A DNA stretch of 64,000 nt from a virus. The position numbers and the translations under genes are program-made. Below, piece after piece: positions 44,678-55,688 of the stretch. How positions within the stretch are numbered: the first letter of the stretch is position 1; each line of letters begins with the position of its first letter. The notes under the pieces are model-generated. The model saw nothing but the letters and a program-made list of their open reading frames with translations, was not told the DNA's origin and did not search any database. Location of the stretch: positions 32,001 to 96,000 of IMG/VR virus record IMGVR_UViG_3300050166_000025, one strand, 5' to 3'.

Positions 44678-47600
44678 TTACGCCTTTATTTTAACTACGA
44701 GTTTAAATTGATAACTATATTCGTATCTTTTATTATATATCAATCTAAAACTCAGGCTGTCATTTGCAAATGTATCTATCGCATATCCAGTTTGTTCTTT
44801 ATAAACAGTTGTATCTATGTCTGTTGCATTTACTACGCTTAAAAAATCAGTAGACAGGTTCTTTCCTTCATTAGCAAACACTTGAACAAATTGAATGTTA
44901 AATCTAGGCGCAATGTTAGCCCTTACATACTCTTGTAAATCATCATCAATAGTGTTTAGGCTACCTGCTGATTTAGAAGGTGTCACGTACTTACTGAAGT
45001 TTGAATAGATTCCATTTTCAATCAATTCATTTAGAATAGACTGTTCAATGTAAAAATCAGCATACACCTTATCAGCAGTTTCGGCCCAAATGATTGCAGT
45101 GTTAGAACCACCGTTTAAGCCGTTTAATCTGATTTTATCTAATTCATCTACAGTTGCGACCTGTGAAGTTGTAAATGCCGTAATATCGTAAGTGTCATTG
45201 ACTTTCATAATGGTAGATGCCAAGAAAGCTCTCTTTTCAACCGGGCTAAATGTTCCATTAACCTCAGTATTTCCAATATTGGCTGAAGACTTTACAAAAT
45301 AGTTTGACGCGTACTTGGATTGCAGAACGTTCATGTCTCTCTTATCAATTGCAATTTCACCAATCTTAGGATACACTGGAGTTTTATCAGTTGCCATCGA
45401 TAATTTTAGAGTAGAATCAGGTGCGTCTGGATTCACTTTATGGAAATGATAATTTTTTATTATTCCCCATCCAGCTTCTCCTTCTTCTGCAAAGTATGAC
45501 GCAAAAGCAATGCCTAATCTGTTAAATTTATCATAGATTAATTTCTTTCTCTCGTCAATGCCATTTGAGTCAACGCCTTTATTTTCAGTATAAATGTCAG
45601 TGAATGTGATCACGTCACATGTTAATGGATTGTAGTGCCCATTCATTCTACGCAACTCGACAAAATATGAATCTGGTCGCTCAACTATTTTCTTTCCAAC
45701 CTCGGTTGAAGTTATTTTATATGAAAGAGGCTTATCTGCATCTACGTCTGCTTTAATAAATGAAGGCTTTACTAATGAAGTTCCATCCTGAATATTCAAG
45801 ATGTAATCATTTAGAGTCTCTACTCCAGAAGTAGAGATAGTAGAATATTTAATTGAAGCGGAACTTGTGTTAAATACCTCGCTCATGTTCTTAGCCTGTA
45901 AACCCTCTACAATTTCTCTAAACGCATCATAACCTCCTTGGTGATAAGTATAAGTTAGTGTTTTTTGAATTGATTTAGAAACTCCAGTCACATCATTCCA
46001 TCTTGCGCCAGTTGTATTTGTATTAGGATCCCATTCGTATGGTAATCCATCCACAACAATAGTAGAATCGTTAAGCACCTCAATAACCTTAAGAGCTTTT
46101 TTCTGCACAACCTGCGTTAAATAATTAGTCCAGTCAAAAATTAGATATGAATATCCGTTAACAGTATCCGTGTTTATTGGATTGATCTGCTTTTCAAACT
46201 GTGGCTTATTGCCAACTTGATCAGTTAATCCCGTTAAAGTTACTCCATTTGGAGAATTCCAATCCCCTGTGTTTAAATCAAGAATACCAGTTAGTGGTGT
46301 GTCAATATATTTTCCATCTAAAATTGCATGCTTAATTTCATAGAGAACTTTTCTAGTTATAGCATCTATGTCATTATGTTGTAGTCTAAGATTTATGTAG
46401 ATGCAAATAAATTGATGTGCATCATTCTTTATAACTTCAATGCTGTATCCGTTTGTATTGGCGCTTGTTTCTAAGTTTAAGACCGAAGCAAACCTATAAC
46501 CATTCACATCAGTCGTTTTGAATTCAGATGGATGCGCTTTACGATTCTCTTTTCTGGATTTAAACTGATATCGCAATCCTCTAAATATAGTCGATGAGAA
46601 GTTATGCGAGCTTCCATCTTCAAATTTAGAATACATCTTTCTAGTTTCAGATTTGACAAAGTTGATAGAAAAAGAATCAAACGTCTCTCCCACAAATAAA
46701 CCAGGGTTTTCACCATAGAATGAGATAGTGTCTTCCCCTAGACCTATAATTGGCATTGAAGGTAAAGTATACTCAGTTCCATTGTATGCGATAATCTTGT
46801 TTACATCTATAATAGAAGATTTAAACTTGCCAGTAAAAGTGACTAGATGCGCTAATCCATTTACTTGTATGCTTTTTATTGAAACAGCATCAGAGTATGC
46901 ACCATCCCAAATAAAGAATTTATCAAAATAATTCTTATCGGTTCTCTTTAAATTTTCAACAGTTAACTCACTTGTAATTGAAGTGTTATATCCAACGTAG
47001 CTCTGTAATTTCTTCATGTTTGCCGAAGATCCTTCGTAGATTGATGGAATATAATTAATATGAAAATGTTCCATACTGTAATCAAGAGGATCTCTCTGTT
47101 TTCCAGTATTTAGAACAGGTGACATGTTATCACTGCCAAAAGCCTCACTATATGTTAAGATATAAGGCTTCATTCTAGCGTTAAACGCGTCTTTAAGAGC
47201 AAACTTATTAATCACAGGCGTAACTCTTGAGTATACCGCAGTTTCTTTTAACTGATTTTCAAACAGTCTATCGTATTCGGAATTAATTTTAAAATCTTTA
47301 ATGCTAAGAGCAGCGTCTTGGCTTAAATTCGAGATAGTTTCTCTTTTATTAACAACTTCGCTCTCTAATACTGGATAAATCGTTGGAAAATAATCAACTG
47401 CTCTTTCATTAAAATTAGGTTCACATGCTGCTTCATATCTATTATAAGAGTTTAAATCTAATAAAAGATCTTCAACCATGAGTTCACCTAAATCAGAATT
47501 AGATTGATCATAAAAATCAAAGTCAAAATCCTTTAATGCGTACGCACTAAACTTACCGTATTCTGTTCTATAATCAGAATACACGTTTACAATTTTAGTT

Positions 47601-49402
47601 CTAGATAATTCTATCGGCTCTTCTGTAATAATTCGGTATGCGCCGGTTGTAAATGGATCCTTGGTTATTTGTTTAATCTTAACAAACTTTTCTGTTTTAT
47701 AATTTTTGAAATATTGACCAGCTGTAATAGTTCCTTTATTTTCAATATTAACTACAAACGTAGTTCCTTTAACTCCGCCACCAGTTGGAGTCCAAACGGT
47801 CCAGCCTGGAAGAGTTAATCCAATTGAGTCTTGTATTCCAGTATTGACCTGTATAAATGTGGAAATATTAGCGTTTAATACACCGAAAGCCGTTAGTTTT
47901 CTAGTGTTACCTATGCCATAATCTTCAATGATTAGTCTTTCACCAATATGAATTGCAGTGTAAGGAATTTCAGACGCAGTAATTACGGATGCTAACGCAG
48001 AAGCAATCTGTGAAAGGGTTCCAGCATTAGAATATGTGTTATTGATATATGTGCCTGCCGATAAACTAGACTCGGCTACAAATTCAAAATCATGCAACAT
48101 TCCATTAACTGCGTTTAATTCTGATTTAGCGGCCAATAAGAGCTTGTCACCATTATGAGGAACTGCAATTATTTGAATATCTAATACATCTTTCATGTCT
48201 TTTAAAAGATCTTCTAACTGAATAGAGCTACCTTTTAATTTATCAGTGAATGTTGAAGTATTGGCTTTATTCAATGAAACAGGAAGAGAATATATGTTGT
48301 TAAATTTAACGCCGTTCTTAATGTGATAAAAATCACCGGCCGTAGATTTAACCCAGTTCAATGTGGGTAGAGCTAAATCCGCCGCAGTTAAGAACATGTC
48401 ATCATTCGTTAGAGAGGTTCCTTGTAGACTGTATTCAGTTTTAACTGAGCCGACTTGAATGTCTAGGGACTCTGTATTCTCTCCGTTGTTTGCGTTATAT
48501 GAAATGAAATCTCCCTCTTTAATAGAATCAACATACATTCCAAAATATCTGTATATCTTATAAGTGTCTGCGTTTACATCGTCAAATAAAAATTCCAGAT
48601 TAATAAGATTTGCAATTGCGGTTTCAGTTCTTTCGAAACCTGAAGTTAAGATGTGATTATTTAGGATCTCAATCTTATCAGCAATTAAATCTCCGTTTGT
48701 ATATTCTTTCTTTTGAACAAATCCACCATGCACAACATCAATGCCATTGAATACGGTTGGTTGATTTACGTCAAAGTTATGAGTGATTGCTGCCTTTGGG
48801 AATTTGACATCGTTTACATGTGAATTAAGGTATGTACCAAGCTTTGAAGTTGGGCCGAGATCAAATGTTTTAACGATGGTTGCTCCCTTTAACATCTGCA
48901 TAACTCTTTCGTTTTGAGAAACTGTGGTGTTGTCAAGGTCTTTATTGAAGTCTGTTCCTTCAACTCTGTAAATTACAAAGTGAGAAGGCATATTCTTCTC
49001 TAACCAAATAGGTGCAAAGAATCTGTATTGTTCAGGATAAAATTTAGAAGAATTGAAATACGCTCCATATTGATATTGCGTTTCATACTGTTTGGCATAA
49101 TCACCATACACGCTTAGGTCTGAATTCTCTCTTAGAGTTTCATACTTAATTGCGCTAGGAGTTTTTAGACCGTAGAAAGATGCGACATCATTTGAATATT
49201 TTCCAGTATGATCAACTGGTCTATTCTTAAATGTTGTATTTGAAAGAGATGAATTCGACGAGATAGAATCCATATATAACGACCCGGCTGAATTAACCAC
49301 CAATTTGACGTTAGTAGTTAACTTTGGATTCGTTCTCAATAAGCCAAATGAAAGATCATCTACCTTATTATTTATCGCATCAAAGTTGGTTGTTATACTC
49401 AT
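44678..49402 (-). CDS. very large baseplate/tail structural protein (1574 aa)
   Basis: Long ORF in the structural module with a late promoter upstream. Confidence 0.65.
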   Translation of the reverse strand: MSITTNFDAINNKVDDLSFGLLRTNPKLTTNVKLVVNSAGSLYMDSISSNSSLSNTTFKNRPVDHTGKYSNDVASFYGLKTPSAIKYETLRENSDLSVYGDYAKQYETQYQYGAYFNSSKFYPEQYRFFAPIWLEKNMPSHFVIYRVEGTDFNKDLDNTTVSQNERVMQMLKGATIVKTFDLGPTSKLGTYLNSHVNDVKFPKAAITHNFDVNQPTVFNGIDVVHGGFVQKKEYTNGDLIADKIEILNNHILTSGFERTETAIANLINLEFLFDDVNADTYKIYRYFGMYVDSIKEGDFISYNANNGENTESLDIQVGSVKTEYSLQGTSLTNDDMFLTAADLALPTLNWVKSTAGDFYHIKNGVKFNNIYSLPVSLNKANTSTFTDKLKGSSIQLEDLLKDMKDVLDIQIIAVPHNGDKLLLAAKSELNAVNGMLHDFEFVAESSLSAGTYINNTYSNAGTLSQIASALASVITASEIPYTAIHIGERLIIEDYGIGNTRKLTAFGVLNANISTFIQVNTGIQDSIGLTLPGWTVWTPTGGGVKGTTFVVNIENKGTITAGQYFKNYKTEKFVKIKQITKDPFTTGAYRIITEEPIELSRTKIVNVYSDYRTEYGKFSAYALKDFDFDFYDQSNSDLGELMVEDLLLDLNSYNRYEAACEPNFNERAVDYFPTIYPVLESEVVNKRETISNLSQDAALSIKDFKINSEYDRLFENQLKETAVYSRVTPVINKFALKDAFNARMKPYILTYSEAFGSDNMSPVLNTGKQRDPLDYSMEHFHINYIPSIYEGSSANMKKLQSYVGYNTSITSELTVENLKRTDKNYFDKFFIWDGAYSDAVSIKSIQVNGLAHLVTFTGKFKSSIIDVNKIIAYNGTEYTLPSMPIIGLGEDTISFYGENPGLFVGETFDSFSINFVKSETRKMYSKFEDGSSHNFSSTIFRGLRYQFKSRKENRKAHPSEFKTTDVNGYRFASVLNLETSANTNGYSIEVIKNDAHQFICIYINLRLQHNDIDAITRKVLYEIKHAILDGKYIDTPLTGILDLNTGDWNSPNGVTLTGLTDQVGNKPQFEKQINPINTDTVNGYSYLIFDWTNYLTQVVQKKALKVIEVLNDSTIVVDGLPYEWDPNTNTTGARWNDVTGVSKSIQKTLTYTYHQGGYDAFREIVEGLQAKNMSEVFNTSSASIKYSTISTSGVETLNDYILNIQDGTSLVKPSFIKADVDADKPLSYKITSTEVGKKIVERPDSYFVELRRMNGHYNPLTCDVITFTDIYTENKGVDSNGIDERKKLIYDKFNRLGIAFASYFAEEGEAGWGIIKNYHFHKVNPDAPDSTLKLSMATDKTPVYPKIGEIAIDKRDMNVLQSKYASNYFVKSSANIGNTEVNGTFSPVEKRAFLASTIMKVNDTYDITAFTTSQVATVDELDKIRLNGLNGGSNTAIIWAETADKVYADFYIEQSILNELIENGIYSNFSKYVTPSKSAGSLNTIDDDLQEYVRANIAPRFNIQFVQVFANEGKNLSTDFLSVVNATDIDTTVYKEQTGYAIDTFANDSLSFRLIYNKRYEYSYQFKLVVKIKA

Positions 49403-49403
49403 T

Positions 49404-49463
49404 AGAAATTCCTATATGTATTGTTAGTAATATATATCACACTCACTTACAATAGGAATTTCT
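49404..49463 (-). promoter_or_regulatory. 12-bp inverted repeat enclosing a late promoter and abutting the start codon
   Basis: AGAAATTCCTAT ... GATATATA ... ATAGGAATTTCT-A-ATG. Confidence 0.65.
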
Positions 49464-49470
49464 TAGAACA

Positions 49471-52400
49471 TTATCTCAGCTGTGAAATTTCTCCTGGTGT
49501 AGAGAAATCATTTGCATCAACAAAGAGTCTTTTGTGAGCTCCACCCGGCAAAGTTGAATTATAATTGCTTATCATTCCACTAGTAACGTTTGTTGAAGAG
49601 GAACCCTCTTGCTTGTATTTTGCGTATACTTCAACGTCAAAGAAGAAAGAATCTCCATTCTTTTCTAAAATATCAATACCAATTTTCTTAGAGTAAGTAA
49701 TGTTGCTTAGCGTATTTCCAACAATACCACCTATTCTACCAGTTTCGTTTACGCTGCTAGTAGTGCTAATACCAGTATCTGCGATACCATAATAATCTGT
49801 CATTCTATATTGGAAGATTAAATCTACTGAGATTGCATTGGTAGCACCTTGTTTAAGAGCTTTAGTTCCAAATTTATTATCAGCGCTTACGCTTAAACTC
49901 GTCTTCTCTAATGGAGCAAGATATAGATATGCACCACATGAATGACCACCTAATAAGTATTGATCGTTTGCATCAAATGACATCTTTAACGTTTGAGTCT
50001 TTGAAACTCCACCATCGTTAATCCATGTCGTTAATTTGTATGGATTTTGAAGAGCACCGTCTGTCATGTTAGCTCTTCTAGCTGAATTCTTCGACATTCT
50101 AACAAGACCATTACCCTGAATTTGTTGCGGAGTAATGATACCATTCTTTAACAATGGGTGGTCTTTATGTAAGAAAATACCGTTATCATACTTTTCATTT
50201 GTTAATACCGCATCACCAGAACCAATTGCAAGTTCAGTTAATCTTGGCGTAGTTGCATTGTTATATGCTCCAGACCAAATGAATGCATTAGAATCAGAAG
50301 ACGTGTTAAAATCAACAGAAGTTGCGTTATCGTAATTTCTTACTCTATTAGAATCAATTATAACATTATTAAACTTATATCCTAAACCATATTCAAAATC
50401 ATCAATACCACTAACATCTGTTAAATCAGGGGCATCCATTGAATATAGGTCTGCGTCATTTGCTAAATTACGGAATCTAGAATAGATGAATTGACCTCTT
50501 AATTGACCTGACTGCAATGGAATAGAATTAAAGAAGGTATTATTGGCAATAGAAGTGGCATCTATATTTTGGTATAAGATTGGCACTAAATCATATTTAC
50601 CTTCTGTTGTATAGTAAGTATTCGCTAACACTTCGGCGTCAGGTGTTGCTGACGGAGAAACACCTAAAACAGTTGAATTTCCTGAAGCGTATGCTGGCTT
50701 TTCTCTGTCTCCAATTAATCTTGCAACTAATTCTAATTCAGATGCTTTAGTGTTAGTCAGCTTAAGCTTAAAGTTCTTTGTTACAATTGCACCTTTTCTA
50801 TCTGTTTGTCCAGTAATCTCATCCACATAATAGCCTGCAAATAATTTGACAACTGAGTGATTATTAACAATGGTTTGATTTCCAGCCTGATCTTCAATAT
50901 AGACTGCCAGCTCTCCAAGAGTTCCAGCAATTTGTGCTTGTAAGGCTTGAATCTGTGCTTGCATTTCTACTAACTTATCGAATAAGCTAACCGGATTCTG
51001 CTCAGTTGTTAAAAAACCAGATGCGATCGTAGTTGCGTTATGCGCAAAATATTTAGAGTTGGCAATAAATGAATCATCTAAGTGATTATAAACGCCGGTT
51101 GTTTTTAAATCTTGATCAACCTGAACCTTAATTACTTCAAGCGAGTTTTGATTGATAGTATCTGTTAAAGCGGTTCCAGTAAATTGTCCTTCTGGAAATT
51201 CTATCTTTGCAATATTAGACCAATCTGACTCAACTGGATTTGCTGGAAAACCTGCCTCTGAAAGAGACTTAACCATAATTTCAACCGCTTCTCCGGACTG
51301 AAGAGCAATATCTAATGAATTAAAGTTTACGACTTGTGCATCCTCTTCATTTTCAATCTGCCAATAATATTTACCGTTAGAATCTTTAACACGTGTTCTA
51401 ACTGGTCCTAGTACCTCAATCCAGTTTGAAAATGCTGCGGTTTTAGTAGTAGCGTTGTTAGTATCGTTAAATGGTATTTGTTCAATTTGACTTGTTTTAC
51501 CGTTTGTTGAAACATAACGATATCTAATCTTAAACTGAACTACTTCTTGTGGAACTGAATCAGCTAATTTTTTAGCAAAAGGAACTGACCAGAAGCCTCT
51601 AACTTTGAATTTAGGAGCAACCGTCGATAAATTATTAGAATCAGCGATTGCTTTAATTTCTGAAACTAAAGAAGCATATAGGCTAGACTCAGTATTTCTC
51701 TGATCTACTAAAGCTTTATATTCATTTTGATCTCTGTCTTTTTCAACAGTAGACGTATACTTCTTGGTCATAATCGAAGTTTTCTTTTGACCAATAGCTT
51801 CATCTAATTTTTTAATAGCCTGCTCTGAAGCAGCCTTGTCAGATTTTAATTTTGTAATCTTGTTAGTTGCATCGTTATCCGTCAAGTGAGAATTAACTTG
51901 CACAACTTTGAAGTTATTTACCTCTAAAACAGGAGCATTCGGTACTAAACCAACTGTCGCAGGTGGAATAAAGTCGTTTTTTAAGCTCTTAATAAATTGC
52001 CCAAAATCAGCAACTTCAGTTTTATAGTAATCTGCTAGAGTGACAGAACTGCCGTCACTCATATTTAGTTTAAGATCGTTTGAGTAGAATGCAATTCCTG
52101 GAGAAAATTCTTCTGCCATTATCTTAGAATCTACGTCAATAGCCTTAATAAAGATAACTTGTCTTTCATCGAATGCAACGTTTAACTCAACACTAGTTTG
52201 AATTTCAGTCTCTTTATAGATTTTAAGTTCATCTGCTCCAATGTTAACTCCTTCAAATCCTTCAATTAACTCAAGCTCTATTTGGTAAGTGCTGCTGTTT
52301 AAAGATTTGACAATGTATCTAGTTGCTAGTTTTCCTGTATTCACCACTAATGAGTCACCAACCTTAAGAGTTTCTGTCTCCTTTAACGCTTTAGATGAGT

Positions 52401-53145
52401 CTGAATAAACGAATTTATTTAGAGTAAATAACCTAACCGTGTTGGTTTGAGTAACACCGTCAACGATCTGTGTCTTCTGGACATTATCAACGCTAATTAC
52501 GTCAAATGTACCAAAGTATTGCACTTTTCTAGAAGGCATTTCAACAATAGAAGAATCTAATGTATACTGATATTGATTCTGCACTAATTCATTCTTGAAT
52601 AGTGTGTAATCAATCGTATTTGCTGATTTATATAGAGTGTCAAAGGCTTGAACAGACGCTGCATTTTGACTATTAAAGACATATCTTTCAACGTACACTT
52701 TTTCAGTGTTTGCTGGAATTTGCCCATTAACGTTTAAGTTGACAGTCAAAAGAGGATTTAAAAAATCCTCGAAGAATTGATTTGCTTTAGTGTCAAACGT
52801 AGTTGGGGTATACAACGTATTGATTTTAGGAGCTGGTCCGCTTAATTTACTTGAAAAAACTTTACGGTAAGTACCATCCTTTAATTTTACAGTAGATGAC
52901 GCAGTTCCAACCGAAGATAAATTATCTAGGTTGTTACCTAATCTTTCAATTTCTCTCTTTAAGAAACCAAATGAAGGAACCTGAACGGCTTTAACAGCCT
53001 TGTTGGCTGGATCATACAAATTAATCACAACAGATTCTTTATCTGAAGTGATCGCTTCATTTGTTTTTTCAAAAGTTGTTAACGAATTATTGTACAACTC
53101 AATGAATTGTTCTAATAATTGTGAAATTGAATTGTTGGCGCTCAT
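49471..53145 (-). CDS. large structural protein with central coiled coil (1224 aa)
   Basis: Long ORF in the structural module. Confidence 0.65.
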   Translation of the reverse strand: MSANNSISQLLEQFIELYNNSLTTFEKTNEAITSDKESVVINLYDPANKAVKAVQVPSFGFLKREIERLGNNLDNLSSVGTASSTVKLKDGTYRKVFSSKLSGPAPKINTLYTPTTFDTKANQFFEDFLNPLLTVNLNVNGQIPANTEKVYVERYVFNSQNAASVQAFDTLYKSANTIDYTLFKNELVQNQYQYTLDSSIVEMPSRKVQYFGTFDVISVDNVQKTQIVDGVTQTNTVRLFTLNKFVYSDSSKALKETETLKVGDSLVVNTGKLATRYIVKSLNSSTYQIELELIEGFEGVNIGADELKIYKETEIQTSVELNVAFDERQVIFIKAIDVDSKIMAEEFSPGIAFYSNDLKLNMSDGSSVTLADYYKTEVADFGQFIKSLKNDFIPPATVGLVPNAPVLEVNNFKVVQVNSHLTDNDATNKITKLKSDKAASEQAIKKLDEAIGQKKTSIMTKKYTSTVEKDRDQNEYKALVDQRNTESSLYASLVSEIKAIADSNNLSTVAPKFKVRGFWSVPFAKKLADSVPQEVVQFKIRYRYVSTNGKTSQIEQIPFNDTNNATTKTAAFSNWIEVLGPVRTRVKDSNGKYYWQIENEEDAQVVNFNSLDIALQSGEAVEIMVKSLSEAGFPANPVESDWSNIAKIEFPEGQFTGTALTDTINQNSLEVIKVQVDQDLKTTGVYNHLDDSFIANSKYFAHNATTIASGFLTTEQNPVSLFDKLVEMQAQIQALQAQIAGTLGELAVYIEDQAGNQTIVNNHSVVKLFAGYYVDEITGQTDRKGAIVTKNFKLKLTNTKASELELVARLIGDREKPAYASGNSTVLGVSPSATPDAEVLANTYYTTEGKYDLVPILYQNIDATSIANNTFFNSIPLQSGQLRGQFIYSRFRNLANDADLYSMDAPDLTDVSGIDDFEYGLGYKFNNVIIDSNRVRNYDNATSVDFNTSSDSNAFIWSGAYNNATTPRLTELAIGSGDAVLTNEKYDNGIFLHKDHPLLKNGIITPQQIQGNGLVRMSKNSARRANMTDGALQNPYKLTTWINDGGVSKTQTLKMSFDANDQYLLGGHSCGAYLYLAPLEKTSLSVSADNKFGTKALKQGATNAISVDLIFQYRMTDYYGIADTGISTTSSVNETGRIGGIVGNTLSNITYSKKIGIDILEKNGDSFFFDVEVYAKYKQEGSSSTNVTSGMISNYNSTLPGGAHKRLFVDANDFSTPGEISQLR

Positions 53146-53146
53146 A

Positions 53147-55111
53147 TTATCTTAAAATGTCAAGCTCAAATGTCTTGTTTTGTTCATCGATGCAAATAAG
53201 TTCTACATAAGGTTTTTGACTAATCATCTGCGATGAATTAAATGAAGCGGCTAGCTTCCAACCCGTAGAACTTAACTTGTTAGTGTAAATTTTGAAGTTA
53301 TAAATACCTAAGTCTATTGCAGAGTTAAATACTACTTTTAAAACTTGTCCATTTTTCCAGCTAACTGTACTATCATCAATGTATATATTAATGTCACTCG
53401 CAGCCTGGTTTTGATCTACGTAAATAGAAACCCGGTTAGTGTACGGTCTTAATCTGGCCCACATTCCGTTATTAATAGAATTAAGTGGATTATATGGATT
53501 AGTAACATCTAATTTATCACCAACGCTCCAGTTTAAATACGAGTTGTTAGATATATCATAACTAAAAGAATCCAGCAATTCATATCCATAAACTGTATTA
53601 ACGATTTTAATTTTATCTTTGACAGTTTTATCTAAAGCTATTCCTTCACTATCTCTTAGAACATCAATATTATATTGAACACTAGTTGGAATAGTTCCAT
53701 CTATCATTTGATTGATTCTTGCGTTAGTAGACTGAATCAATTTCAGTAAAGAAGATGAGGAAGAGTAGTTTAGTTTAGCATTCTCAACTTCAACTTGTAG
53801 TGTATTAAGTTGAGTTTGAATATCCGTAAGATTGGTTGATGTTAGAATTAAACTCTTTAAGCTCTCAACCTCTTGTGCAATCGTAGTATATTTTGAATTT
53901 GAGTCTGCTAATAATTTCGTAGCATGTCCTAGTGCTGAAACAGTGTCTAGGAAAATGTCCATTCCAAAGGTAGAGAAATCATTAATGTTATTTTCAACTC
54001 CGACATTTTCTAATGAAGAGTTAAATTTAACATTTAGCTTTAATGCAAACGCATTACCGTTAAGTCCAGTAATATCGTTTGGCTTGTACTTTGTTTGAGT
54101 TGGAATATACCATCCATTTAAGTTTGGATCGTTTTTAAAATTATCCAAGATCAATACTCCATATAGATTCGTTGCTCTATTTACTGGAGTAGACTTAGAG
54201 TAAATATCATAGTAAACTAAGATAGCGTTAAAGCTAAAATCTCCACCTAGTTTTGAATAATCAAATAGCGTATTTAGATTAGATGAATTTACAATTCTAG
54301 AGTATGAAGCCGAATCAAAATCGATTCCAACTGCATTTTCAATAAAACCAACTTGATTAGCATCAATGTTTATTTCACCATCGGCCTGATCAACGACAGA
54401 AACAAGATTTAAGTTTGCATCTGGGTGAGATTGTCCTGCTCTACCCTGGATATATGTAGAAGGAGTATACGTTTTGGTTGCAGTATTATAAGTCTCCTGC
54501 TTTAAAAGAATCTCTGGTGTAAAACCTACGGCCGAGGGAACATTAACAAATACCTCGTTATAAGTATCTCCTTCATAACTCTTATCGTTAGACACATCAA
54601 TATTTCCAACGTACTTGATAACTTTCTCATATTCAGATCCAGTTAAAGAAGAATTGTCTTGCTCAACAGCTCTACTTAACCCAGAAACCACTTCTTGCGA
54701 ATTAGCAGTTCTGGCTTTAAAAGCTCCAATACGGTTTAAATACTTAAAGAATATTTTCTCAGAGTCAGACTTTAATATAGTAGAATCAAACGAAGAGTCA
54801 GTTAATACTAATTGCTCTAAGTTTAAGGCGTAGTTTTGAAAAGTTTGTGCAAAGTGAACATTTGCATTATCTACCGTTGCATCATCGTAAGCAGCACCTC
54901 CAATATCAAATAGATTTTTGAATTGGATATAATTGTTAGTTGAACCAAGAGCGGGTGTAGTGACTACTGGCATTTTAATCAGAGCAAACTTTGAAAATTC
55001 AAAGTTTAAATCTGGGTTATAATAAGACCTAGTCAAATCTCTAGAAGCATTGGCAAACGCATACATCGTTCCTCCCTGCTCTTGTGGTATTCTAATTAAT
55101 GGTGTTGCCAT
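53147..55111 (-). CDS. baseplate/tail structural protein
   Basis: 654-aa ORF with a coiled-coil segment in the structural module. Confidence 0.6.
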   Translation of the reverse strand: MATPLIRIPQEQGGTMYAFANASRDLTRSYYNPDLNFEFSKFALIKMPVVTTPALGSTNNYIQFKNLFDIGGAAYDDATVDNANVHFAQTFQNYALNLEQLVLTDSSFDSTILKSDSEKIFFKYLNRIGAFKARTANSQEVVSGLSRAVEQDNSSLTGSEYEKVIKYVGNIDVSNDKSYEGDTYNEVFVNVPSAVGFTPEILLKQETYNTATKTYTPSTYIQGRAGQSHPDANLNLVSVVDQADGEINIDANQVGFIENAVGIDFDSASYSRIVNSSNLNTLFDYSKLGGDFSFNAILVYYDIYSKSTPVNRATNLYGVLILDNFKNDPNLNGWYIPTQTKYKPNDITGLNGNAFALKLNVKFNSSLENVGVENNINDFSTFGMDIFLDTVSALGHATKLLADSNSKYTTIAQEVESLKSLILTSTNLTDIQTQLNTLQVEVENAKLNYSSSSSLLKLIQSTNARINQMIDGTIPTSVQYNIDVLRDSEGIALDKTVKDKIKIVNTVYGYELLDSFSYDISNNSYLNWSVGDKLDVTNPYNPLNSINNGMWARLRPYTNRVSIYVDQNQAASDINIYIDDSTVSWKNGQVLKVVFNSAIDLGIYNFKIYTNKLSSTGWKLAASFNSSQMISQKPYVELICIDEQNKTFELDILR

Positions 55112-55139
55112 TTAATGTATAGATTTATAATTTTAAAAA

Positions 55140-55679
55140 TTAGGCAATAGTTGCACCATGGCTACCAACGATAAACCATTTAGTTCCAGCAAATTTAAGT
55201 GAAACTCCACCATTTGCACCGATCGTTAATGAAGTTACTCCAGCAATGTTGGTAACACTGACAGCAACAGATACATTATCTGATAATAAAAAGATCTCTT
55301 GTCCTTCATCTCCAATATTTAAGTTAACTGAAGAAACTGCAATTTTATAAATGGCATGAACAAAAGCATTTGCGTTTGGTAAGTCACCTGATGCAATGTT
55401 TTTAACTGAAAGATTAGAACCAGCGCCTAACGTAAATTTAGCGTTGATCGCGGTTGGAACAGCCGAAGTTAAAGCAGTATTGCTAATTACAACTTTCCCA
55501 GCTGCAACGTTAACAGAGCCAAATGCGGCACTGCCAGACAATGCGATAGACTGATTTGTTACGTTTAATAATCCAGCGATGTCTGCTAAATCACTATTAA
55601 TAGCTGTAAAGTTGTCGTTGATAACAACTCTAGATGATGATACGCTATCAGTACCTAAAATTTGTGTAATGTTTGCCAT
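55140..55679 (-). CDS. short fiber/structural protein
   Basis: MANITQILGTDSVSSSRVVINDNF fiber-anchor-like N-terminus. Start set at MANITQ. Confidence 0.6.
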   Translation of the reverse strand: MANITQILGTDSVSSSRVVINDNFTAINSDLADIAGLLNVTNQSIALSGSAAFGSVNVAAGKVVISNTALTSAVPTAINAKFTLGAGSNLSVKNIASGDLPNANAFVHAIYKIAVSSVNLNIGDEGQEIFLLSDNVSVAVSVTNIAGVTSLTIGANGGVSLKFAGTKWFIVGSHGATIA

Positions 55680-55688
55680 TTTGAACAA

